A stretch of 38,202 nucleotides of DNA, taken from Capsulimonadales bacterium (GTDB taxonomy: Bacteria; Armatimonadota; Armatimonadia; Armatimonadales; Armatimonadaceae). Below, one piece after another: positions 8,597-17,892 of the stretch (position 1 is the first letter of the stretch; each line of letters starts with the position of its first letter). Below the pieces are notes generated by a model, which was not told where the DNA came from, ran no database searches, and saw only the letters and a program-made list of their open reading frames with translations. The stretch lies in the NCBI GenBank assembly GCA_033762295.1, contig JANRLW010000023.1, positions 1-38,202 on the forward strand. Reading direction: 5' to 3'. Position numbers and translations under genes: made by a program.

Positions 8597-11500
8597 ATGC
8601 GTACGCTCTACGCCGTCTTCCGGATCACGCTCCTCCTTTACCTGTTTGCGTCCCCCCTGTACGCGCAGACCACACCGCCGTTTGTCTGGGTGGAAGGAGA
8701 GAATACCGCCGCCGTCACGCTGCCCGATGCCGTCGTCAAACGAGGAGGGTGGGGCAAAAAGGAGTTTCTTTCCGGCGAGACCTGGCTGCATATCTCGGTC
8801 GAGGAGAAGGACGTCGCCAAAACGATCCCCGACGGCGGCGCGATCGTTCGCTATGCGTTCGATGTCCCGCAGGCCGGCAACTACGCGGTCTGGGACCGGA
8901 TCGGCTATGAGTTCGTGCGTTCGCCGTTCGCCTGGCGGATCGACAGCGGCGACTGGAAGACGATTTCGCCCGACGCGCTCACCACCGACCTGATGTCCCT
9001 CGAAACCTGGAATGAGGTCGCCTGGCTGCCGCTCGGAAACGCGAACCTGACCGCCGGAAGGCACACCCTCGAAATCCGGCTCGACCGGACGAAGGACGAA
9101 AAAGGCAACCTGCAACGCGTTCTCTACGCTTCGGATGCCCTCTGCCTGATCGCCGGAACCTTCACTCCGAACAGCCGGTTCCGCCCCGGCGAATCCGGGC
9201 GCACCGAGGCCGACCGCGCCGCCGAGACGCGCCGTTTCGAACTGCCCGAGGCGACGAGCGACGGCACACGGGTCGCCCTCCCGCTCAAAGGCGACTGGGA
9301 GATCTGCCGCAACGACGAAAACCTGCCGCCGGCCGATATCGCCGTCCCGATGCAAGACTTCCCGGCGAACCCGATCTGGCGGGCGATCCCGGTGCCGTCG
9401 GACAAGAACGTCTCCCGCCCGGACCTGACATTCGCGCACCGCGTCTGGTATCGAACCCGCGTGAACGTCCCCGCGTCGCACGCCGGACGCTCCTTCGTTC
9501 TGACCTTCCCGCGCAACAACCTGAATACGACCGTCTATGTCAACGGCGTCTACTGCGGCTTCAACAAGAACCCGAACGCTCCCTTCGACATCGATATTAC
9601 GAAAGGGATGAAGCCGGGGCAGACGAATGAGGTATGGGTCGGCATTCGGGACGCCTGGTACGGCTACAGCAATAACCCGAAGAACCCGATGGTCCTGCGA
9701 CGGATGTTCAATCTGCCGCTGTCGTTCGTCGGCAACGGCTTTCAGCGGCTCGCTTACCCGATCTGGCACGCCTGGGAGTCCGGCATCGTGCAGACGCCCG
9801 TCCTGACCAGCGTCGGCGGAACCTACCTGGCCGATATCTTCATCCAACCGGAGGTCGCCCGGAAGCGGATCCGACTCCGGACGACGTTCCTGAATAATCT
9901 GCCCGAAAAGGTCCATGGCAAGCTCAATCTGGTCGTCATCGATGCAAAGACCGGAAAGGATGTGGCCGCCAGCCGTAGCGATTTCGACATGACCGGCGGG
10001 TCGAGTAGGGAAACGACGCCGGGAAATGACGTCGTGGTGAATATTCCGGAGCCGAAACTATGGTGGCCGGAGCCGAACCCGCAGCTTTATCGACTGCGGG
10101 TCTCGATCTTCGTCGAGGGGAAAAATGCGGATGTTTCCGAGACGACGTTCGGGTTCCGGGAGTGGGGGAGCCGGGGGAAGGACTTCACCCTGAACGGCGT
10201 CGTCTGGCACGGCTGGGCCGACCTGAACGCCGGAGAGACCCCCGCGGAATTCCTGGCGAACTACCGCAAGGCGAACCAGCGGTTCTTTCGACTGTCCGGC
10301 TACGCGCAGGGCGGGCCGAACTGGCGCGGACTGACTCCGGCGGAGGCGCTCGACTTCGCCGACCGCAACGGCATGGTCGTCCGTCGCTCCGGCGACCTGG
10401 ACGGCGAGGCGATCGGGTACATGGCGATCGAGGACGATCCGGATCTCAAAGCCCTTTACAAGTCCGAAATCAAGATGGACCTGATGAAGAACTGGCGCGA
10501 CCAGATGGTGCAACAGGTCCGGGCCGAACGCAATCACCCGTCGATTCAGCTCTGGTCCGTCGAGAACGAATGGCTCTATATCAACTGCATCAACCTCTAC
10601 GGCGACCGGATGGACGAGTTCGAGCGGGAGGTGAAGGTGTGTATGGACGCCGTCCGCGAGGCCGACCCGACCCGGCTGGTGATGACCGACGGCGGCGGCG
10701 CGGGCAAGGACAACCTGTTCCCGGTTCACGGCGATCACTATGTCTTCGATGCGTCCCGGCCCGGCGCGTACCCCGCGCTCGCCTATGAAGCGAATCCGAA
10801 CGGCGGCGGACGCGGACGCTGGAAGTGGGATCAACAGCGGCCACGCTACCTTGGCGAGGACTTTTTCGCCACCGGTATCAACCCGTTCGACTATGCCTAT
10901 TTCGGCGGCGAGGAGACGTTTATCGGCAAGGTCAACACGCGACGGGCGGTCGGGATCGTGCAGACGATGCTGACCGAGGGGTACCGCTGGGCGGAGTACG
11001 GCGCGTGGCACTTCTGGCTCGGTTCCGAAAGCGGCGTCGGACAGTACAAAGCGTTCGCCGACCTGGCGGTGTTTTGCCGGCAGTGGGACCGCACCTTCCC
11101 CGACGGCGCGCGGGTGACCCGGACGCTCGGGATTTTTAACGACCGGTTCCGGGACGAGGGACCGATCACCCTGACGCAGACCCTGACCGTCGACGGCAAG
11201 ATCGTTCGAACCGACCGCTCGACCCACACGGTTCCGCCCGGCACGTCGAAAAAGTTCGACGTTCTCCTTGCCCTGCCGCGTGTCGAGCGGGAACGGGCCG
11301 AGGGGACGTGGACCCTGACCCTGACACAGGGCGGGAAGGAGCGTTACCGCGACGTCCGCCCGATCTCGATCCTGCGGGCCGTCCCGGCGAACCGGTCGCC
11401 GCTCACCCTGGCGCGGCAGGGGGGAAGCGGCAGTCCGTCGGCACCGCTCGTCTTCGATCCGCAGGGACAGGTGGTCGCCTACCTGACCGCACGGAAGATG

Positions 11501-13717
11501 CCTTTCCGGCGTGTCACCGGCCTGAACGCCCTGCCGACCGGCGGACAGTTGCTGATTCTCGGACGGGACGCATTGACGCCCGAGGAGAGCGCCTCGACCC
11601 GTCTGGCGGCCTGGGCGGCTGCCGGTGGGCGTGTTCTCGTGCTGGAGCAGAAAACGCCGCTCCGCTACCAGGGAATGCCCGCCGCGATGGAGTTCGGCGA
11701 GAACGAGGGACGCACCGCCTTCCTCGAGGAGGAATCCCATCCGGTCTTTCGCGGACTGCGCAACGAGGACTTCTTCACCTGGGGACCGGATGAAGTGGTC
11801 TATCGGAACGCCTACGAAAAACCCACGCGCGGCGCGAAGTCGCTGCTGCAGTGCGACGCCCGTCTCGCCCGTACCGCGCTGGCCGAGGTTCCGGTCGGCC
11901 GTGGGCTGCTGCTCGTCTGTCAGGCGCGGGTCGGCGAACTGCTCGGGAAGAACGCGGTCGCCGATCGGCTGTTCCGCAATCTTGTGGGCTATGCGACCGG
12001 CTACCGGCAGGAGTTTCGCCCGGTCCTCGCCGCCACCCCCGGCAGCGAGGCCGTCCGGAAGGCGTTGCGTGCGGCGGGCGTCCGTTTCACCGAGACGAAC
12101 GACCCGCTGAAGACGCTGAATCCCGGAGGGATCGCCGTCGTCGCCGCCACCCCGGACAACCTGAAGAGGCTGGCGGCGAACCCGGCGCGATTGACCGCGT
12201 TCCACAAAGGCGGCGGCTGGCTATTCCTGACCGACCTGACCCCGGAAGGACTGCCGGAGTACAACCGGGTGGTCGGGTTCGATCATATGATCCGTCCGTT
12301 CCGGCGCGAGCGGGTGACGTTCCCGGCGAAACGCGACCCGCTGACCGCCGGGCTATCCGTCGCCGATATCGTTCTCTCCTCCGGCGAACGGATCAACGGC
12401 TACACCGACGATGTCTACCTGGCGTCCGACGTCTTCCGCTATGTCCTCGATTACGACGAGGTCGCGCCGTTCGCCCAGCTTCCGAACCCGTCGTACTGGG
12501 GCCATGGGGACGCCAACAACGACCATAACCCCTACAACATCGTCAACGGGTTCAACTCCGACGATTCCTGGCAGCTCATCTTCTCGATGTGGGCCGGACC
12601 GGGCGGGAAGCCGGAGGTGCCCATGACGCTGCCACGGGCGCAGACGCTGACCGAAGTCGAGTGGCAGGGGAATGCCTTCTACTACCCGACGAAGGAGTTT
12701 GAGATCCGGGCGGACAACGGCGCGAAGGCGGTCTTTCGGCCCCGCCCGGACAATTCGGTCCAGGCGTTCCCGATTCGGCCCGCTCTCACCGGGAAGGAGT
12801 TTCTGGTACGGATCACCGGCTGGGTGGCGGCGAAGGAACCGGCGGTCGTCGGCATCGACAACCTCCGCCTGAAGGCGCAGCGGTCGCCGGAGTTCTACCG
12901 GACGACGCATCCGCTCCTCAATATCGGTGCGTTGATGCGTTACGATCGCGGGTCGGGCGGGATTGTCCTGTGCAATATCCTGTTTCAGGACACGGAAGCC
13001 GTTCCGGAAAACCTGCGAAAGAAGCGGAATATCCTCGCCACCCTGCTGCGAAATCTGAAAGCGCCGATCGGGGGCGGCGCGACCGTCATTGCGGGAGCGG
13101 CATTGAACTACGCGCCGATCGAGATCGGGAAATGGGCGACCCAGTTCCGGGACGAACGGGGCTGGTTCGGCGATCGGGCGTTTACCTTCAAGGACCTGCC
13201 GACCGGGCGACAGACGTTTGCCGGGGTGCCGTTCTCCGTGTATCGTTTTGCCACCTCGCCGGTGCCTGACGCGATCATGTTGAAGGGGGACGGCGTTCCG
13301 GGGAACCTGCCGGAGTCGGTGCGGGAGATTCCGATCGGACGGAAGGCGGACGCGCTGTTCTTCCTGCAGACGGCGCGGATCGATCAGCGTCGGAACCGGG
13401 ACGAGATTCGGGATCGGAAGCCGGTCGAGATGGCCCGGTATGTCGTGACCTACGAGGATGGCGAGAAGGCGGTCGTTCCGATCCGTGCCGAGGAGGACGT
13501 CGACGACTACCGACAGGAATCGCCGCGCGCGATTCCGGGGGCGCAGATCGGCTGGATCAAACGATACGACGGGACCCCCTATTCGGCGGTCGCCTATGTT
13601 CAGCAATGGAACAACCCGCGCCCGTCGGTGGCGATCCGGAGCGTCGATCTGGAGTATGGGGCGGACCGGCGGGGCGTCCCCGTTCTGCTCGCCCTCACCG
13701 CCGCTACCGCGCGCTAA
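8597..13717 (+). CDS. Large secreted multidomain GH2-like glycoside hydrolase (1706 aa)
   Basis: Signal peptide; VWYRTRV...VYVNG sugar-binding domain; LWWPE..PQLY; FGFRE; RNHPSIQLWSVENE acid/base motif; DPTRLV; extra beta-sandwich domains at both ends. Confidence 0.8.
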   Translation: MRTLYAVFRITLLLYLFASPLYAQTTPPFVWVEGENTAAVTLPDAVVKRGGWGKKEFLSGETWLHISVEEKDVAKTIPDGGAIVRYAFDVPQAGNYAVWDRIGYEFVRSPFAWRIDSGDWKTISPDALTTDLMSLETWNEVAWLPLGNANLTAGRHTLEIRLDRTKDEKGNLQRVLYASDALCLIAGTFTPNSRFRPGESGRTEADRAAETRRFELPEATSDGTRVALPLKGDWEICRNDENLPPADIAVPMQDFPANPIWRAIPVPSDKNVSRPDLTFAHRVWYRTRVNVPASHAGRSFVLTFPRNNLNTTVYVNGVYCGFNKNPNAPFDIDITKGMKPGQTNEVWVGIRDAWYGYSNNPKNPMVLRRMFNLPLSFVGNGFQRLAYPIWHAWESGIVQTPVLTSVGGTYLADIFIQPEVARKRIRLRTTFLNNLPEKVHGKLNLVVIDAKTGKDVAASRSDFDMTGGSSRETTPGNDVVVNIPEPKLWWPEPNPQLYRLRVSIFVEGKNADVSETTFGFREWGSRGKDFTLNGVVWHGWADLNAGETPAEFLANYRKANQRFFRLSGYAQGGPNWRGLTPAEALDFADRNGMVVRRSGDLDGEAIGYMAIEDDPDLKALYKSEIKMDLMKNWRDQMVQQVRAERNHPSIQLWSVENEWLYINCINLYGDRMDEFEREVKVCMDAVREADPTRLVMTDGGGAGKDNLFPVHGDHYVFDASRPGAYPALAYEANPNGGGRGRWKWDQQRPRYLGEDFFATGINPFDYAYFGGEETFIGKVNTRRAVGIVQTMLTEGYRWAEYGAWHFWLGSESGVGQYKAFADLAVFCRQWDRTFPDGARVTRTLGIFNDRFRDEGPITLTQTLTVDGKIVRTDRSTHTVPPGTSKKFDVLLALPRVERERAEGTWTLTLTQGGKERYRDVRPISILRAVPANRSPLTLARQGGSGSPSAPLVFDPQGQVVAYLTARKMPFRRVTGLNALPTGGQLLILGRDALTPEESASTRLAAWAAAGGRVLVLEQKTPLRYQGMPAAMEFGENEGRTAFLEEESHPVFRGLRNEDFFTWGPDEVVYRNAYEKPTRGAKSLLQCDARLARTALAEVPVGRGLLLVCQARVGELLGKNAVADRLFRNLVGYATGYRQEFRPVLAATPGSEAVRKALRAAGVRFTETNDPLKTLNPGGIAVVAATPDNLKRLAANPARLTAFHKGGGWLFLTDLTPEGLPEYNRVVGFDHMIRPFRRERVTFPAKRDPLTAGLSVADIVLSSGERINGYTDDVYLASDVFRYVLDYDEVAPFAQLPNPSYWGHGDANNDHNPYNIVNGFNSDDSWQLIFSMWAGPGGKPEVPMTLPRAQTLTEVEWQGNAFYYPTKEFEIRADNGAKAVFRPRPDNSVQAFPIRPALTGKEFLVRITGWVAAKEPAVVGIDNLRLKAQRSPEFYRTTHPLLNIGALMRYDRGSGGIVLCNILFQDTEAVPENLRKKRNILATLLRNLKAPIGGGATVIAGAALNYAPIEIGKWATQFRDERGWFGDRAFTFKDLPTGRQTFAGVPFSVYRFATSPVPDAIMLKGDGVPGNLPESVREIPIGRKADALFFLQTARIDQRRNRDEIRDRKPVEMARYVVTYEDGEKAVVPIRAEEDVDDYRQESPRAIPGAQIGWIKRYDGTPYSAVAYVQQWNNPRPSVAIRSVDLEYGADRRGVPVLLALTAATAR

Positions 13718-13758
13718 TGAGCGTGCGAAACCTCGGGTGAGGAGGCGAACGGCGCGGT

Positions 13759-14760
13759 TCACACCTTCTTCAGCAGAGTGATGCGGCCGATCGGGACCCA
13801 TTCGGCGACCAGGATATCGCCGTTGCGCAGGAAGATGGCGTCGTGCGGATGGACGAACTTACCGGGGACAAAATCCGCGCGCGGACGGTCCCGCAGGTTC
13901 GACGGGAAGCCGTCGCCCAGCTGGATCACGACCTTGTTGTTCTTGTCGACCAGGGTGATGACGCTGTCCAGGTCCGGAATCAGCATCAGGTCGCCGCGCG
14001 TGTCGAAATGACAGGGCTGACGCATCCCTTCGGTGACATACTTGACAAACTTGCCGTCAAGATCGAAGTACTGAATACGACGATTCCCTCGATCGGCGAC
14101 CGCAAGCATCGGCTCCTTGCCCCGGCGATCGACGTGCAGACCGTGCGGGGTGCGGAAGCGACCGGATTCGCCGTCGGAACCGATCAGCGAGCGCAGGTAG
14201 TTCCCGGCGCTATCGTATCGGTGCAGGTAACTCGATCCGTAGCCGTCGGCGATGAAGAAGTCGCCGTTGGGCGCGAACGCGACGTTCGTCGGGATGAACG
14301 CCATATTCTCCCTGTACAGGCCCGCTTCCGTCGGAAGCCCCTTCTCCCAGATCACCTTGCCGCTCAGGTCGGTCTTGACGACCTGACGGTGCGCGGTGTC
14401 ACAGTGGTACAGGTATTCGCCGTCCTTCTCCTTGCGGATATCCAGACCGTGTCCGCCGCCCGCGAACCGACTGCCCCAGGACGTGACAAACCGACCCTGC
14501 GCGTCGAAGACGCAGATGGCGTCCTTGCTTTTGCTTTCCGCATGGACGGTGTGGGAGACATAGATTCGCCCCTTGCTGTCCTGCGCCAATCCCTGCGTGT
14601 CCCCGAACCGGAGGGTGTCCGGCGGGACCAGCCAGTCATGGTGGACCTCGTAGGTATGCTCACCCGCCCCGATCCGAAGCGGAGCGTCGGCCTCCGTCCG
14701 CGAAAGAAGCAGCGTGGTCGCCGTCATTCCGGCGGCTCGCAGGAAGGTGCGTCGGTTCAT
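13759..14760 (-). CDS. Tat-exported NHL-repeat beta-propeller (PAL-like)
   Basis: MNRRTFL twin-arginine leader; GGHGL, ADGYG, TPHGL, VADRGNRRIQYF and HPHDA motifs. Confidence 0.8.
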   Translation of the reverse strand: MNRRTFLRAAGMTATTLLLSRTEADAPLRIGAGEHTYEVHHDWLVPPDTLRFGDTQGLAQDSKGRIYVSHTVHAESKSKDAICVFDAQGRFVTSWGSRFAGGGHGLDIRKEKDGEYLYHCDTAHRQVVKTDLSGKVIWEKGLPTEAGLYRENMAFIPTNVAFAPNGDFFIADGYGSSYLHRYDSAGNYLRSLIGSDGESGRFRTPHGLHVDRRGKEPMLAVADRGNRRIQYFDLDGKFVKYVTEGMRQPCHFDTRGDLMLIPDLDSVITLVDKNNKVVIQLGDGFPSNLRDRPRADFVPGKFVHPHDAIFLRNGDILVAEWVPIGRITLLKKV

Positions 14761-14943
14761 CGGTATACGTCCTCGAAGCAAAAGGAGTGGCTTTTTCTTT
14801 GTTTCGTCCGTACGGGCGGTGAACTCCTCTTTTTTGCCGGAAGTTCCCCCGGTTCACGATACAATGGAACGGTTCGCGGTAGAATATCGCCTGGTTCGCT
14901 CGCGGGAATTCGCCGGTGACTCCTTCCGGGAAGGAAGTGTTGC

Positions 14944-15882
14944 GTGTCCACACAGACGATAGCCCAGGAAAACGAAAATAGCGTCGCTCCGAAAACGGCG
15001 GGCGACGTGTTGCAGGCGATCCGGCGATACCCCGAGTTCGCGAAACTGCCGACCGGCATTCAGGAGAACCTTGCTTCCCTGGTCGAAATCGAACGACACC
15101 CGGCCAACTCGACGATCTTCCGCTTCAATGACCCCGGTAATGCGATGTATTTCCTCTGCGAGGGGAGCATCCGGTTTGTGACTCACGACTATACCGGAAG
15201 GGAGGTCGTTCTGGAGGAGATTCGACAGGGCGATGTCTTCGGCGAAGTGGCGCTCTATTCCGAAGGCGCGAGAACGGCCGATGCGGTCGCTACCAGCGAC
15301 GTCGTTCTGCTCCTTTTGCGCCGCGAGAAGATGAACGAGTTCCTCCGGTCCTGCCCGGAGGTGAGCGGCTATCTCCTCCGACGTATGGCGTCCCGCCTGA
15401 CCTCCTCCAATCGGATGCTGCGCAATACGAGCATGAAGGTCGAGGAGGTGGTCGCCTCGGAGCGATCCTTTTTCGACCGGATCGTCAAAAAGATCGTCGA
15501 TGTTTTCGGTACCTTCCCCTCATTCCTGATCCATATCTTTGTCATCGTGCTCTGGATCGTTCTGAAACGGTTATTCAACTCGCCGTTCCTGCGGTTTGAA
15601 AGCCAGGACCTCCTGATTCTTTCACTCGTGATTAACGTGGAAGGGTTCGCGGTCTCCATGCTGATCCTGGTCAACCAGGCGCGTGAAAGCAAGGAGGAAG
15701 GGGTGCGCGACCGCACCGAGTTCGAGGCGACCGTCCATACCGACAACTCCATCCGCTTCCTCCACGAGAAGGTGGATGCCCTGGCCGCCGAGGTGCGCCG
15801 GGTCCATGATGATCTCTATCTGCGGTCCGGCGACAAAGGGCGGCCCGCCCCCCGGGATTCCGGACGAAACGCCTCCCCCTGA
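14944..15882 (+). CDS. Cyclic-nucleotide-binding domain protein with DUF1003-like membrane domain
   Basis: IFRFNDPGNAMYF...GDVFGEVALY..GARTADAVA (cNMP-binding); two TM helices and a coiled-coil tail. Confidence 0.85.
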   Translation: MSTQTIAQENENSVAPKTAGDVLQAIRRYPEFAKLPTGIQENLASLVEIERHPANSTIFRFNDPGNAMYFLCEGSIRFVTHDYTGREVVLEEIRQGDVFGEVALYSEGARTADAVATSDVVLLLLRREKMNEFLRSCPEVSGYLLRRMASRLTSSNRMLRNTSMKVEEVVASERSFFDRIVKKIVDVFGTFPSFLIHIFVIVLWIVLKRLFNSPFLRFESQDLLILSLVINVEGFAVSMLILVNQARESKEEGVRDRTEFEATVHTDNSIRFLHEKVDALAAEVRRVHDDLYLRSGDKGRPAPRDSGRNASP

Positions 15883-15899
15883 CGCCTCCCCCTGACGCC
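15869..15899 (+). repeat. 13-bp tandem duplication spanning the stop codon
   Basis: ACGCCTCCCCCTG at 15869-15881 and 15882-15894, then a partial ACGCC. Confidence 0.85.
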
Positions 15900-16000
15900 G
15901 TCCGTCGGGAAGGAAAGACCGTATCGCCTCACGAACCTTTCATGAGAACGTTTCCGGATTTCGGGAACCCCGATCGCCGGGAGGAGGTTGAACGTCGCAA

Positions 16001-17854
16001 ATGAACGCCCTGATTCCTTTCCTGATCCTCCATGCGGTGTCGTTTTCGACCGCGAAACCACCCTCGCCCCGTTACGTCTTCCCGAAAGACCCCGCCGTGC
16101 TCGACGCGAAGCGGGACTTCGGCGCGAAAGGGGATGGAATCGCCGACGATACCGACGCTCTGCAGCGGGGACTGGACGCCTCCTGCGGCGCGGACGGGAA
16201 GCCGACCCGCGTGCTCTTCCTGCCGAACGGCGTTTATCGTCTTACCCGGACTCTGGTGGTCAAACGTTCGCTCGGACCCTGGCTCTACGGCGAGTCGCGC
16301 GACGGGGTGATCCTGCGTCCGGACGACGGATTAAAGGACTACCGCTCGGTACTCCGAACGCATCCGAACGAGGACGGGCCGACATCCGCTGACTGGTTCA
16401 TGCGGAACCTGCGCCATTTCACGGTCGATGTCGGCAAAAACCCGGAGACGGACGGCATCCGATACTACGCCACCAATTCCGGCATTCTGAAGGACGTCCG
16501 CGTGATCGGTCACGGAAAGATCGGCATCAATGCCGGGTTCCTCGGACAGAGCGGACCCAACCTGATTCAGGACGTCACGGTCGAGGGGTTCGAAACCGGA
16601 ATCCAATCACAATGGATCTGGGGCGAGACGCTTTCCCGCGTCACCGTGCGCCGCTGCCGAAAGCAGGGTGTCTATGTGAGCGCGAACGCCGTCGGTATCG
16701 AGGACCTGACGGTCGAGGAGACGCCGATTGCGCTGTTCTGCGATTACCCCAACGACTGGACCTGGTGGGGTGGGGTGGTCGCCCTGGTCGGCGGACGGTT
16801 CTCCGGGAACGATCCGAAGAGCCCGGCCATTCGAAATCGCAGCGTGCTGTACGCCCGGAATGTCACGACACGCGGCTTTGGAAAAGCGATCGAGAGCGAC
16901 GCCGAACCGGGTAGTGTCGCCGGCCCGAAGGTGGCGGAGTTCGTTTTCCCCGGACGAAAGCGGCTGTTCGAGGGACCCGCGGACGCGCCGCTACCGATCA
17001 AACGGGAACCGGAGATCCCCTGGGAGACGGACCTCCGGAAATGGGTCTGCGCGAATGACTTCGGCGCGGTCGCCGGGGACAATCAGGACGATACCGACGC
17101 CCTGCGGAAGGCGATCGATGCCGCGGCGGCAAGGAAGGCGACCGTCGTCTATCTGCGCGGCGTCGGTGGCCCCGATCCGAACTGGTACAACGTCAACGGG
17201 ACCGTCCGGGTGCACGGCTCCGTTCGTTTTCTCCTGGGCCTCGGCTTCGGACGCATCATCGGGGGAGAGAACGGACGTTTCGTGATCGATGACGACTCCG
17301 CGCCCGTCGTCCGATTCCAAAATATCGACTCGTTCGGCGGACCCGGCGTCATCGTGGAAAACCGGTCGACGAACCGTACCCTGGTCGCGGAAAGCTGTGG
17401 CATCCGGGTGCTGGGAACCGGAAAAGGGGACATCTTCCTGACCGATTGTCCGTCCACGCTGGAGATCGTTTCACCCGGACAGCGGGTCTGGGCGCGGCAC
17501 TTCAATCCGGAAGGCAACAGCGATACCGGACTGGTGCGCAACGAAGGCGGTCTGCTCTGGGCGCTCGGGGTGAAATGCGAGGGGAAGGGCGTTCGCTTCC
17601 GCACGGCAAAAGGGGGCCGGACCGAGATCTACGGCATGTTCAACTACGGCAGCGGCATGGACCCGAAAGACCTCCGCCCGATGTTCGAGGTCGAGGATGC
17701 TCGCTTTCGCATCGCCGGCCTGCGGGAGATCGTCTTCGAAGCGAACCCCTGGCCGGTCAAAGTCCGCGAAAAGCACGGGACGGAGACACGAACGTTGGGC
17801 AGCGACCGGGAGGGCGGCTGGATCGGGTGGAGTCTGTTCGACAGTAAGCCGTAA
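16001..17854 (+). CDS. Secreted beta-helix glycoside hydrolase (pectate_lyase_3 / GH55-like, two beta-helix units)
   Basis: Two copies of the beta-helix N-cap: FGAKGDGIADDTDALQRGL...LFLPNGVY and FGAVAGDNQDDTDALRKAI...VYL; signal peptide. Confidence 0.8.
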   Translation: MNALIPFLILHAVSFSTAKPPSPRYVFPKDPAVLDAKRDFGAKGDGIADDTDALQRGLDASCGADGKPTRVLFLPNGVYRLTRTLVVKRSLGPWLYGESRDGVILRPDDGLKDYRSVLRTHPNEDGPTSADWFMRNLRHFTVDVGKNPETDGIRYYATNSGILKDVRVIGHGKIGINAGFLGQSGPNLIQDVTVEGFETGIQSQWIWGETLSRVTVRRCRKQGVYVSANAVGIEDLTVEETPIALFCDYPNDWTWWGGVVALVGGRFSGNDPKSPAIRNRSVLYARNVTTRGFGKAIESDAEPGSVAGPKVAEFVFPGRKRLFEGPADAPLPIKREPEIPWETDLRKWVCANDFGAVAGDNQDDTDALRKAIDAAAARKATVVYLRGVGGPDPNWYNVNGTVRVHGSVRFLLGLGFGRIIGGENGRFVIDDDSAPVVRFQNIDSFGGPGVIVENRSTNRTLVAESCGIRVLGTGKGDIFLTDCPSTLEIVSPGQRVWARHFNPEGNSDTGLVRNEGGLLWALGVKCEGKGVRFRTAKGGRTEIYGMFNYGSGMDPKDLRPMFEVEDARFRIAGLREIVFEANPWPVKVREKHGTETRTLGSDREGGWIGWSLFDSKP

Positions 17855-17876
17855 GGTTACGGGGTAAGATTCGGTG

Positions 17877-17882
17877 TATAAT
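17877..17882 (+). promoter_or_regulatory. Perfect -10 hexamer TATAAT 10 nt before the start codon
   Basis: gtgTATAATcggaagcggtATG. Confidence 0.4.
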
Positions 17883-17892
17883 CGGAAGCGGT

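Noticed and set aside
10058..12205. 715-aa minus-strand ORF, and similar long ORFs 8558-9916, 12353-13801, 17857-19536, 26794-28320, 29858-31534, 32761-34881
   Set aside because: All are antisense to well-supported genes and lack recognisable domains or RBS.
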